Assembly: GCA_001643675.2 (NCBI GenBank)
Contig: LSRY02000029.1
Span: forward strand, 1,116,001 to 1,180,000
Length of the DNA: 64,000 nucleotides
Direction of reading: 5' to 3'
DNA from: Monocercomonoides exilis PA203
Taxonomy: Eukaryota > Protista > Preaxostyla
Shown here: piece after piece, positions 11,401 to 21,158 of the stretch
Position numbering within the stretch: position 1 is the first letter of the stretch
How the letters are laid out: each line of letters starts with the position of its first letter
Translations under genes and position numbers: made by a program
Notes under the pieces: generated by a model
The model's database searches: none
What the model saw: the letters and a program-made list of their open reading frames with translations, nothing else
What the model was told of the DNA's origin: nothing

Positions 11401-12564
11401 CTCAGACATTTTGGGGATCTTCAAGATGCTGCCACATTTAATCAGTGCCTCTTTTACTGCCTCTCGTGCCTCGTAACGTGCCATCCCTTCAAACTCCTTC
11501 ACCACTCCATTGATCTTTCCGTCGTCAGTGAGGATATTGATGGCTGGAAGTTTGTGACGCAGCCCAACTTCCCAATCGTTCTGGTCGTGTGCTGGTGTGA
11601 TTTTGACAGCTCCTGTTCCGTAGTTCAGATCCACATAATCGTCAGCTACAACAGGAATCAAGTCCCCACGAAGTGGATGTATCAGCTTTTTTCCAACAAA
11701 GTGTTTGTACACTGGATCTTGTGGGTTAACAGCAACAGCTGTATCTCCAAGCATTGTTTCCAAACGAGTAGTTGCAACAAATATTCTTTCTTTTGCGCTG
11801 TCTGTGTCATTGGATGCTCCTTCAACAACATATGAAAATACTGTAAAATATCCAAAACGTATAGGATCTTTGTATCCAGGAACTTTTCTCATGTCGTTTG
11901 GCTTCACTTCTTTATAATCAACTTCAATATCAGAGATTGCAGACTGAAGTGCAGGGCACCAATTAACAAGACGATATTTTCTAAAAATAAGACCATTATT
12001 AAACATTCTAATGAATGCTTCGTTTACAGCCTTCGTTCTTGTTGCATCCATTGTAAAAACTTCGCGAGTCCAATCACATGATGCACCGAGTGCCCTGTAT
12101 TGTTTGCAGATCTCTCCACCTTTAATGTTGACCCATTCCCAAACGAGATCGAGAAAATCTTCTCTCTTATAATCTGTTCGGTATTTTCCTTGTGTTTCTC
12201 TTAGATGTCTTTCAACAACTGATTGTGTTGCAATTCCAGCGTGATCAGTACCTGGAATCCATGCAACATTAAAACCTTGCATTCTCTTACACCGCGAAAT
12301 AATATCTTGAACAGTAACCCCTAATGCGTGTCCAATATGTAATACACCTGTAACATTTGGAGGTGGTGTTGGAATCACATATTTGGGCTTTGTGCTGTTT
12401 TTCTCAGCAAAATAAAACCCCTGACTTTCCCACCACTCAGACCATCCTGATTCGACTTGTTCAGGATCAAACTCTGCATTTAATGGCTTTGATGTATCCT
12501 TTTTTGAAGCTTCTGGCTTGACGTATGAAAGAGAAGGTCCTTCTCTAAATCTTTGTTGAGACAT
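8464..12564 (-). CDS. VARS1: Valyl-tRNA synthetase (intronless, 1366 aa)
   Basis: PPPNVTGVLHIGHAL (HIGH), PGTDHAGIATQ, DWCISRQLWWGHRIP, KMSKSLGN, LLHPFIPFVTEELW. Confidence 0.98.
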   Translation of the reverse strand: MSQQRFREGPSLSYVKPEASKKDTSKPLNAEFDPEQVESGWSEWWESQGFYFAEKNSTKPKYVIPTPPPNVTGVLHIGHALGVTVQDIISRCKRMQGFNVAWIPGTDHAGIATQSVVERHLRETQGKYRTDYKREDFLDLVWEWVNIKGGEICKQYRALGASCDWTREVFTMDATRTKAVNEAFIRMFNNGLIFRKYRLVNWCPALQSAISDIEVDYKEVKPNDMRKVPGYKDPIRFGYFTVFSYVVEGASNDTDSAKERIFVATTRLETMLGDTAVAVNPQDPVYKHFVGKKLIHPLRGDLIPVVADDYVDLNYGTGAVKITPAHDQNDWEVGLRHKLPAINILTDDGKINGVVKEFEGMARYEAREAVKEALIKCGSILKIPKMSEIPNASAVDEEGNPTSAFALLRKRMLQNGMIGPAAEAELAEAAAEAKEKEKAKEKGGDYSAVKKKKKFQAKGEKKGSSEEKPAIQLSPEKQAELDETSFGWDFGHAMGITVCSRTGDVIEPMLKYQWYVDCSENGLAKHCKSAMRSFTTPPPEHPSDPYEGMIAVTPPSHKTIWDNWFNGMRDWCISRQLWWGHRIPAYRAFLKTSDGSIPAEDDSSKWFVGHTEEDALKAAAKFFNVPEEKVCLVQDEDVLDTWYSSGLFPFSILGWPDETNSDFQQLFPTSLLETGEDIIFFWVARMVMMSINLTGKVPFTEVYLHTMIRDKNGRKMSKSLGNIIDPRDVIYGRTKAELLERADKASVSDAEKKVSKEAIEREYPRGIERHGVDSLRLGLATYLRQDSSINLNLDVVKAQHAFCNKIWNMTKFVLMYLPQGFKPVQKEIEWSADCFVGKASGASSSTTPSPVQQPHELNALISSPTDRWMLSRVYHTVHKVINYFNQLKLGDIVNTVRSLILDDFCDRYLESVKPILQSESSTSASSSSEPSEAKEEKEKKEGALSEADQVRQVLYEVLDVSLRLLHPFIPFVTEELWQHIPRREGDKSSISVSSFPLDTQYECFCHSAPESTLKYNAAVLNSCTATVFQATNAIRSLRDTFKVKPSYKCEAFIGFTDASSISAEHAAMFEQIEKGIISSDAAGDRGCASLASPSPSPSPAQSPSSSASASSSQPSSHSNLIPPNVLIQCCPQLLQCVASRFLTKLAGAKSVALLPAANERPGCGDECVVSFIPGATIFMRLRRGSASVDYAAEAKKQLAQAEKTKKDIDKLEKQLGNKGKIPADKVADMEKKIITKKAEIASMESLAGQFAKLAEAQSLEGEEGEADSDEEGEAKEEETEEKKKMREEKRRKIEEKKKQKAIEKKEREEREKKEKEEKERLKQEKKAAKEKLAKEKKAKKEAEKAEKAEKETAEAGKEAEEKPKDQ

Positions 12565-13165
12565 AATGTTTAAAATGGTACGATCAATTTTTTTTCGTAA
12601 TTTTCAGCGTTTCGTTAAGGTTAAATATTTGATTATAACCTCAAAACAATAATTTTTGCGTGTCTGTGTAAAATTATTAGAATAATGAATCCGACTTTGA
12701 ATTTAAATGAACATATATTTTTTCATTTCCAAAAAACATTCGATATTCATTCAACAGTTTCAAAACAAGAAACTGTCGAAAGTATTGTACGACAGTATCA
12801 AATAAATTATTCTTCCATGACAAATGTTGTCTAATGATTAGTTCTTTATGATTACTGTTTGCAAAAGATTAAAAAAGCAAGAGAATAACTGAGAGGAGTT
12901 ATAAATTCTTATTATTAATTATTTCTTTTTTTTTTCTTTTCTTCATCTTCTTCTTCTTTTTTTTTTTTTTTTTTTTTGTTTTGTTTTAGTTTTTTGTTTT
13001 TAAAGTTTGCACTTTTGAATCAACTTCATTTTAGAAAATGAACTGAGAAATTGTTAAGAGAGGAATAGAAAAAAGTGCAAATAATAGATTGTGCATAAAG
13101 TACCGGACAAGATCGATTTCTCAACGACTTCAAGAAGAATAATTCTGATAATTTTCCTTTAAATA

Positions 13166-13619
13166 CAGTCTTAACCGGATATAATCACTTCGGTTTTTGC
13201 ACAACTTTTTAAAATTATATCCGATTGTAATTATACACGATGATGCTTTACACAGAAGAAAATAAAAATTTACAAATAAATAAATAAAATTTGTGTCATG
13301 TTTTGTATTTTTAATTATTCTTCATTAAAACGCATTTTTCAATAAAAAAAACTAAATTTTTAAATTTTATTATGTTATTTTGACTTATTCAAACATATTT
13401 CTGAAAAAAATAAAAAAATCGAAATTTATGATCAAAAAATCGATTTTTCAATGAAAAATCCACCTATAATGAAAAAAATTGTGATTATATATTTTTTGCC
13501 TTGTGATTATATGCGATGAAAAATGAATGAAAAACAAGCAAAAAAATGTCGGTGCATAGAAAAATGTGACAATAAACGAATGTGATTATATTCGTCGTGA
13601 TTATATCCGGTTTAGACTG
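13166..13619. mobile_element. Non-autonomous Tc1/mariner-pogo type MITE (454 bp)
   Basis: 23-bp TIRs CAGTCTTAACCGGATATAATCAC (13166-13188) and 13597-13619, 1 mismatch; TA on the left flank, TT on the right; internal GTGATTATA repeats near 13481, 13503 and 13582. Confidence 0.85.
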
Positions 13620-13621
13620 TT

Positions 13622-14350
13622 TATCTTTACACTACTAACTCTTTTGATACATGAGACTTTTAAAATAGCCTCATTTGTACTTTGAAAAAGTTATTTCTTA
13701 AATTTTGGCTAAACACAAAATCAAAATTCAAAAAGATTTTAATCATTAATTTTTTCTGAGCACAAATGAAGCAGTTTTGAAAGTCTCGTATATCACATGG
13801 GTGATAATTTTTGAAATCATAACTTTTTTCGGGATATTGAATTTTCAAAGGATGTTGTCGTTGAATAGAGATTTAATATTTTGATGATAAAAATCATCAA
13901 AACCATTTCAAATACAAATGTTAAAGCTGAAATCATGATGAAGATAACTTTAAATGGGGGAAAATATAGACTTTCAAGCTTTTTTTGCGCAAAGCACAAA
14001 CATTTTGTTTCACTCATAACATTATTAAACTTTCAGAGATTTCAAAATAAATTTGATTTTCGTATCCGTATATTAACGTAATTGATATAATAATATTGTG
14101 TTTTGTGATATCAAACGTTTTTCAAAATATGAACCAATTTTTTTTGAAAAATTTTGTTCACAAAAAGTTCATCTAAGATGCATAATTTTTCAATGAAAAT
14201 GCCTGAAGTCAAATATTTTGTCCCAAATAGTATTTTAACTTTTCACTATTCTTTTGTTTATATTCATGTGATATTTTCTAATCGAAATTAAAAAATGAAA
14301 TGATATGATTTAAAAAATAATCACCCACATGTATTAGTATTGTTAAAATA
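13622..14350. repeat. Older degenerate foldback element whose right arm is split by the 13799-14326 insertion
   Basis: Left arm 13622-13699 is about 75-80% identical to the reverse complement of 13741-13798 joined to 14331-14350. Confidence 0.7.
13799..14326. mobile_element. Non-autonomous TIR element with GGG..CCC termini and 4-bp TSD (ACAT)
   Basis: TIR GGGTGATAATTTTTGAAATCATA vs right end (2 mismatches in 23); ACAT at 13795-13798 and 14327-14330. Confidence 0.85.
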
Positions 14351-14355
14351 TATAT

Positions 14356-14378
14356 GGGTGATAATTTTTGAAAGCATA
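14356..14378 (+). repeat. Orphan copy of the GGGTGATAATTTTTGAAA terminus
   Basis: 22/23 identical to the TIR at 13799; no convincing partner end found (weak candidate near 14558-14578). Confidence 0.6.
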
Positions 14379-14851
14379 TTATGTCGATCTAATTTTTCTA
14401 TTCAAAAATTTCACTTGAATAATAACATATGAGTTTCAAAAAGTGAAATTGCTAAATAAAGAGATTTTCTTCTTTATTTCAACTGTAACATTAATTTTTA
14501 TAACATTTGTAAAATTTTAACAATTTGAACACAAAACATCTTCCCAATGACAAGCAACGTTTGAAAATTCTTCACCCCGAAAAAAATTATGATTTCAATA
14601 ATAACCTCCCACATTTTCAAATTTTTTGCAACAACTTTTTGAAGACTCAAATGAATTCTTTCTTCCTTAGATGAAATCTGTTTATTACGTGAAACAAATT
14701 CAATTTGAATCAACATGAGAACTGATATCATAATGTGTCTTTTTTAAATTAAAATAGTTTTTTTCTGTTCTCTATTCATCCTTTTTAAATAAATCGAAAA
14801 TGTCACAAAGAACTAATATTCTCATTAAGATGATTAGAAAAAAATAAACTT

Positions 14852-15104
14852 GGGTTATTCTTTTTGAAAAGTCGCAAATGTTTAATATCAAGGTTTTGTG
14901 AAAAAATACATTATTTGATCATTTTTTGCAATTTATTCATCAAACTTTATTATTTTGCAAATGAAAAAATTAAAGTTTATTTGATGAAAGAATATGTGCA
15001 TTGCATAGAAGTTTGATGAATACATTGTAAAAGATGATCAAATAAAGCACATTTTCAAAAAACCCAGATATTAAACATTTGCGACTTTTCAAAAAGAATA
15101 ACCC
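14852..15104. mobile_element. Foldback MITE (253 bp) with ~95-bp arms, GGG..CCC termini and 4-bp TSD (ACTT)
   Basis: Outer 38 bp form a perfect inverted repeat (GGGTTATTCTTTTTGAAAAGTCGCAAATGTTTAATATC), imperfect to about 95 bp; ACTT at 14848-14851 and 15105-15108. Confidence 0.9.
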
Positions 15105-15406
15105 ACTTTGTAAAAATATCTTTTGATGTTGAATTTTGGATAAATATTTAAAAAAGAAAAAAGTCAAAAATTGATCAAAACTCTGTTTTTGTGAAAAGAT
15201 CATAATGTATTAATTACGAAAATTTTTTCCAACGTCATATGCCTAACAACAATGATTTGAAGAAAAAATAAAAACATTTATTCAAAGAATTGAGATGAAA
15301 AAGAGAAAAAAAATATTTAACAAATTTTATATAAAATGCAATGATTATTATAATTTTTTTAAATGAATTTATTATCATAAAATTATTTTGAATAAAATTG
15401 GAATTG

Positions 15407-16661
15407 TTATTTCCTCTTTTTGTGGGCATATTTCCGAACTGAATGCTTTGAAGAAGAAGAAGAAGAAGAAGATGATGATGATGAAGAGGAAGATAACGAA
15501 CGCTTTGATCTGTGATGACGATGAAATGAATCAGAGGACGAAAACGAAGAAGTAGAAGAAGAAGAGTCTGTTGATGAATGCATTGGCGAAGTTTCGCTTT
15601 TACTGTTTCTGCCATGCCTTTTAATGGGGCGACTTCTGTGAAATGAATGAGAAGATTTTGATCGAGTTGGAGAAATGGAGGAATCTCGATCTGAAGAATC
15701 ACTTCTTGGAGATAAAGATCGATGAGTAAAATTTGTATCCCTGCCTTGTTTTGATCTAGAGGAGGATGAGGAAGACGAAGAAGAAAAAGGTGTTGTTGAC
15801 GAATAATCATGCAAATGAGAATGCGATGAACTTGATTTATGTTCTTTCGATTCTCCTTTTTTAATCTCTTTTTCTTCAATTACATTCAATCCCAATTCTT
15901 GCAATGCTTTTTCAACAGTCAAAGAACTATCAGTTTCGGAGTCGATTGCATCAATCTTTTGCTTAATTAAACTAATTTGTAGCCTATGAATTAACAAAAT
16001 AAATACATCAGTATTAAACAATATCAAAATTATGTTTAATTTCACACATAAGAGGGACAACGCGCTTTTCTGGTTTTTTATCAAAAGCATGCGAGCTTGA
16101 AGCAGGAGTAGATTTCTTCACAACTTTCGAGGATTTGAGTTCATCATCTTCATTTTCCTTGAGCTCTTCAGGAAGTTCTTCATCATCTAATGTTGGAAGC
16201 GTTGGAGAAGGGGGAGCCTCACCAAGTTTTGTATCTCCTTCGTCTCGTTCTGCTGCTTCAAGTTCCCTTGAATGAGACTCAGCAAATCGAACGCGAATTG
16301 GACGTCCAAGTGCCTTTTTTCCATTGAGAGTTTCCACTGCCTTTTCAGCTTCATCACGAGTCTCAAACTCAACAAAGCAAAAACCTGCAGGTTCGCCTTT
16401 TTTTGGGCCAGATTGATGCCATATAAACCTAATTCTTATGACAGTTCCAATTTTTTCTGTAAAGTCAAGTATTTGACTTTCTGTTATTCTCGGATCAAGA
16501 TTACCGATGAAAATCTTATTTAAATAAACGAAAAAATGATAAAAATTAAAACAAAAGAAAATAACAATACAAAATACCTTATTCTCCACCTTTTCTGGAG
16601 GACCTTCCACGTTTGAATCCCCACGACCGGGCATAAGTACTTTTTCATTTATGTACACCAT
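15407..16661 (-). CDS. Single-RRM RNA-binding protein, RBM18-like, with Ser/Arg-rich tail
   Basis: IFIGNLDPRITE...FIWHQSGPKKGEPAGFCFVEF...GRPIRVRFA resembles RBM18; two introns link it to the S/R-rich last exon. Confidence 0.75.
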
Positions 16662-16720
16662 TTTAATAATGAAAGAAAAATGTACTTGTTGATCTATCCT
16701 CTTATTAAAACTTGCTCAAA
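16662..16720. promoter_or_regulatory. 59-bp bidirectional promoter/UTR interval with a central GATC
   Basis: Divergent ATGs at 16661 (-) and 16721 (+); GATC at 16691-16694. Confidence 0.65.
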
Positions 16721-17446
16721 ATGAAGAACTGGATTTTGAAAGAGAATGGAGGATCAATTGTAGAATTTTCAAGTCAATAGTTTGATTATTTAGTAAATAT
16801 CAATATTTCAATAATGAAAACATTATTTTGGAATAATTAACTAAATAAAATTTGTTTTTTTTATTATTTGCTATGTTTGATAATTAAACAAAAATAGCCA
16901 TCACGAATCGCGATGTTTAAATTTACTCACAAGGGATCCTACGCTTTGTTGGTTTTCTGGGCGTTCTCCTGCAGGTATGCATTTTGCATTTTTTTATTCT
17001 TTGAATATTTTATATCTTAATTTAGTTCCGCAACATGTCATATTTTCATTCAGTACCAAAGTTGATTTGAAAAGAGTGGGAATATATTTACATGGAGAAA
17101 GCAATCAAAACCCGAAATGTTTGCGTCATTAAATTTGAAATTAAAAATATCTTTTTTCACAAAAATTTTTTCAAGATCTTATCATACAAACTTCATTAGA
17201 CGGAAAGAATTTTACTACAGTTGCTGAATCAGAGTTAGAGCAACGTGCTGGAGATCATTTGTTTGATTTACCAGAATTAGTTACAGCCAGCTTCATAAAA
17301 TTCATAATAGTTTGATTTATTTTGAAATTTCATCTAAAAATATCATTAACTCTTTGTTTCAGACTGAAAACTTTGGGGGCTCAGGAATATTTGTAACGAA
17401 AGCACTTGCATTTGGAGAAGAGAGCATGGATCACACCAGAAGTTAA
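16721..17446 (+). CDS. Small discoidin/galactose-binding-fold protein, IFT25/HSPB11-like (5 exons; absent from ORF track)
   Basis: Four GT-AG introns give MKNWILKENGGSIVEFSSQYHHESRCLNLLTRDPTLCWFSGRSPAVPQHVIFSFSTKVDLKRVGIYLHGESNQNPKYLIIQTSLDGKNFTTVAESELEQRAGDHLFDLPELVTASFIKFIITENFGGSGIFVTKALAFGEESMDHTRS*. Confidence 0.8.
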
Positions 17447-17625
17447 TTAAATACAATCATTTTCCAAACATTTCAAATATATTAACCTTTAATCCTTCCT
17501 TTATTTTTAATTTGAATGAAATTGAACATAAAATAAAAAGTTAGAAGTGAGTAGATTTTAATCTGACAAATTGTGCTCATTCCATTTCATAAAGTTGGAA
17601 TAATACATGAAATATTTAGTAAATT

Positions 17626-18519
17626 CTAAAAGATTGTTTGAAGCTTGTCAGGGAAAAGAATCCCCTTCATCTTTGGAAGAAGATTTTCATATGCTATTTT
17701 CAAACGAGCTTCAAGTGTGTTATTAAGTCTGATTCTTCCATCGTGGCATGTCAAAATTACACCACCAGCACTTCGAAATGTGAAATAAAAAAAAATTGTT
17801 TTTATTTAAATATTTTTATCAACAAAAAATTGAAAATCATACCAAAATTGACCGCTTTTAGAATGATCAGGTCCTGAAGGAAGCGATTCGTTTTCATCAA
17901 TAATAACATGGAATTCCATTTTCTTTGGAGCAATTGATTCTTCTGCTTTTTTAATTGCTTCTGGAATAGATTCTTTAACAAAAGCAACATCTTCTTTGCG
18001 GCACTAACAATTAAATGAGACAATATATATTTATTTAAATATTCATTTCCATTCACCTGAAGAAACAAACTAAGATTGAAACATGAGTTTCAAGAAGTTC
18101 CGTGAGGCCCTGTGAAATGAGGTTAACAAGCAATTGCTTGTATTTGTCGGTGTTTTTGGATTGCTCAGCAGAGTTTAATTTGGCCTTTTCTAACAAAGAT
18201 TCAAGCATTTCATTTCGTTGTTTTTGAATATCAAGCAAAATCGTATTTGTTCGATTTGAAATTTCACTAAATATACAAAAATTACTGTTAAAATATTTAG
18301 TCATTTGAAAGTGACAAACATTCTCCTCTTAACAGAGATCTGTGACTGTTTGCGTGCATATTCCTTCCTGATTCTTTCTTTTTCAGCCTCAAGCAATGAA
18401 TTCTTTTCTGTGTAATAATCTTCCTCTGCATTAGCAGTAATTTCCTCTGCTTTCTCATTAGCTTCTTGAATGATGAAGCTTTTCATCTGGTCGATAGATT
18501 TCTGAACTTTAGGATCCAT
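17626..18519 (-). CDS. VMA4: V-type ATPase subunit E
   Basis: QMKSFIIQEANEKAEEI, YKQLLVNLISQGL, GGVILTCHDGRIRLNNTLEARL; multi-exon; stop TAG 17628-17626. Confidence 0.93.
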
Positions 18520-18729
18520 GTTTCAACGTTGTAATATATGGGTGAGATCTGAGGCTTTTGTTTATCCCGGATGGTGTTTTCGTTAATAATTTTATTCAAT
18601 GCAACTCAGAGACTTGAATAAAGAAAGATTCTTTTTTCAAAAATAATAAAGTTTTAAAAATGATCGAAAATTGAGTCGGAATGGCAATTTACAAAAAAGG
18701 TCGAAACATTTACAACCTTTCAATATAAC

Positions 18730-18978
18730 ATGTGTCGGAAAACTAAATGCAAGAAATGGTTTGTTATTTTATGACAATTGAAAAGATAAACTTATTTTAA
18801 CGAATTTTTTTTTGTTTTTGCAGTGGAAAATGGTTTTTATAAAAGTATTTGTAATTGCATTTAAATCCTTTATTTTTTTAATAGGACTTGGAAGGGATGT
18901 GGAAAACACATTGAACAAGCTTTGGCCGGTGTTCCCGCCGAAGAAAGATGCACTTGTGAAGTTCATGACCCTGAGTAG
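18730..18978 (+). CDS. 43-aa cysteine-rich microprotein (exons 18730-18758, 18824-18832, 18885-18978)
   Basis: Spliced product MCRKTKCKKCGKWTWKGCGKHIEQALAGVPAEERCTCEVHDPE*; canonical GT-AG introns; 132 nt in total, in frame. Confidence 0.85.
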
Positions 18979-19150
18979 ATGGGTTTTCAAACTTACAAGA
19001 TGGAAAGCTTAAACTATTCCTGTTGAATTTCTTTTTTTAACAAAAAGATATTCCATCACCTGATTGTTATATTTTTTAATGTTTTACAAAGATGATTTAT
19101 CATCTAATTCCATTATAATATTTTGTTTTATTTTATTTGATAAAAAATAA

Positions 19151-20583
19151 ATGGCCCTTGAAGAATCTAACCTCTCTTTTTTATTTACTCCAAAATATAA
19201 AGAAAATACTGTGACAGTAGGATCAATGGATATTCATTATGTTGCAAGTGAAGCATCAAGTACTGATTTTGATGAAACAGGCCAAATTCTGTGGAGAGTG
19301 TCAAAAGTTTGACTTCATAACACTTTTAGTGTGTTCGTGTGAAAAACATTTAAAAACATTGAAATAATGCAATTTAGTTATTTGTTCTATTTTTGCAAAA
19401 AAACCCGCAATTAGTTAGAAACAGAAATATTCTAGAACTTGGAAGCGGGACAAGTATGCTTTTTCAATGAAAAACAGTTTTTAAAATAAACTTCAATTAT
19501 ACGTTGATGCACATGCAACAGCTGCTTTTGGTGGAATTGCTTCTCTTCAATTAGGGGCAAAAGCTGCAATATGCACAGACTACCAACCTCATATCGTTGA
19601 CATTTGCAAACAATCACTTCTTCTTAACAAATTTCATGGTTTGATAAACAATTCTTTGCAAGTAGGATTATTAAGTGACACTTTAGGAAAAGGATCTTCA
19701 TATTGTCATAAATGGGGAGACAAAGAATCATTAATGGAGATTTTGAGAGAAGAAATAGATCATGAAAAAATTCAGTTAGTTGTTGGCTGTGATGTTTGGT
19801 ATGAACAGTTGAACATTTATATGAAAGGACGTCATGAAAAAAAATTTTTTTGTCAATCTTCTGTTTAATCAAGTGTATGGGAAGATTCTCTTCCAGGACT
19901 ATTTTCAACAGCTGTGGAAGCTTTGTCATATAACACATCAGCAGCAGAAGAAAGAAAATCACATTCTTTGAAACAAACGCATCCACAATTGGTTCATTCA
20001 AGTGGCATTCTCCATCCATCTTTGTATCAGCATCCATTAATCATCTTTGCATTTGAACGAAGAGCTCTTCGCCCAGAAAAAAAAGCTTGCTTCACTTTGC
20101 TTTCTATTTTATTTATCACATCTTCGATATTTTGCCTTTCTATTCTATTCTATTATGTTCTGTTCTCTTCTGTTTATTATTATAGATGGAGGCCATTGCT
20201 GGATCTTATGGACTTGAAAGGTTGAGGGTTTGGAGCAATATATTCATATTTATTCTTTTTTTTTTTCCTTAATCATTATTTTTTGTTTCCTTTCTGTTCA
20301 TTCAAATTTTTGAATGAAAACAAAATGGAATCATCAGATATCAGCTCCTGAATTCGTTGAACCAGAAATTTTAGGTGATAAAATATTTTATGTCTTCAAT
20401 TTACTTTTTATTCTAAATTTTTACATTAATATTCCATTTTCTATTCATTCCATGAAATTAGAACAATATCCGTTAGCAGAGTTCTTCATCGACATTTATT
20501 ATTTGCCATCGGCTGAGCCAATTTCCACAGACGAGCCGAATGAAGCAGCAGAAAGCTCGACGTCTTCCTCTCATGAAAGCTGA
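19151..20583 (+). CDS. Seven-beta-strand protein methyltransferase (METTL21/Methyltransf_16 family), multi-exon
   Basis: TDFDETGQILW, NILELGSGT, ICTDY, HKWG, VVGCDVW; the 3' exon structure is less certain. Confidence 0.8.
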
Positions 20584-21158
20584 TGATTGTCCATATGAAT
20601 TGGCATAACTGGCAATTTATTATTAAAATGCTTTACTCAATTGAAAAGGAAAATAGCGCTGTTGAAGACTTCAACAGCAGCCGTGCTGATTGGACAGAAG
20701 AGAAACAGAGAATTCATCTTAGTTCAAACAATTCGCAAAAAAGAAAAAAAAAGACGAAAGAACTTAAGGCAGAGTATATTACATAAAAGAAATATGCAGT
20801 TAAAAACAAAAGGAAAAAAGTAAGTGAAGTGTGTAGTTTGACCAAAACATTAGCTCAAAAGCTTGTAAATGACAAAAACTAAAACAGAAACATAAACAAG
20901 TCTGTCTAAATAAAATGGAATACGTTTATTTCAAAACAATCCCAAACAACGAAAGATCGACAAAAAGAACTCAAAAGAAAACATAATTATAACATCATCA
21001 ATTACACAAAATGAAAAGAATACAACCAAATACAACCAAATATTAATAAATAAAATCTTAATAAAAAAATAAATAAATAAATAAAATGAAATCAAAATAT
21101 AATCAACCCAAATAAAAACAGTGCAAATTCCAAATATAACAGACAGTCAATTACAATT

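Noticed and set aside
8458-11917. Antisense ORFs over ValRS (and likewise over PCF11, NPHP4, TBC1D5 and the SR-like gene)
   Set aside because: Expected from codon bias of the sense gene; no recognisable domains.
13481-13610. Spaced GTGATTATA repeats resembling a CRISPR array
   Set aside because: Repeats are 9 bp, irregularly spaced, lie inside a MITE, and there are no cas genes.
13660-15203. Short ORFs in the intergenic MITE region
   Set aside because: AT-rich F/K/I/N-biased translations crossing element boundaries; no transposase motifs.
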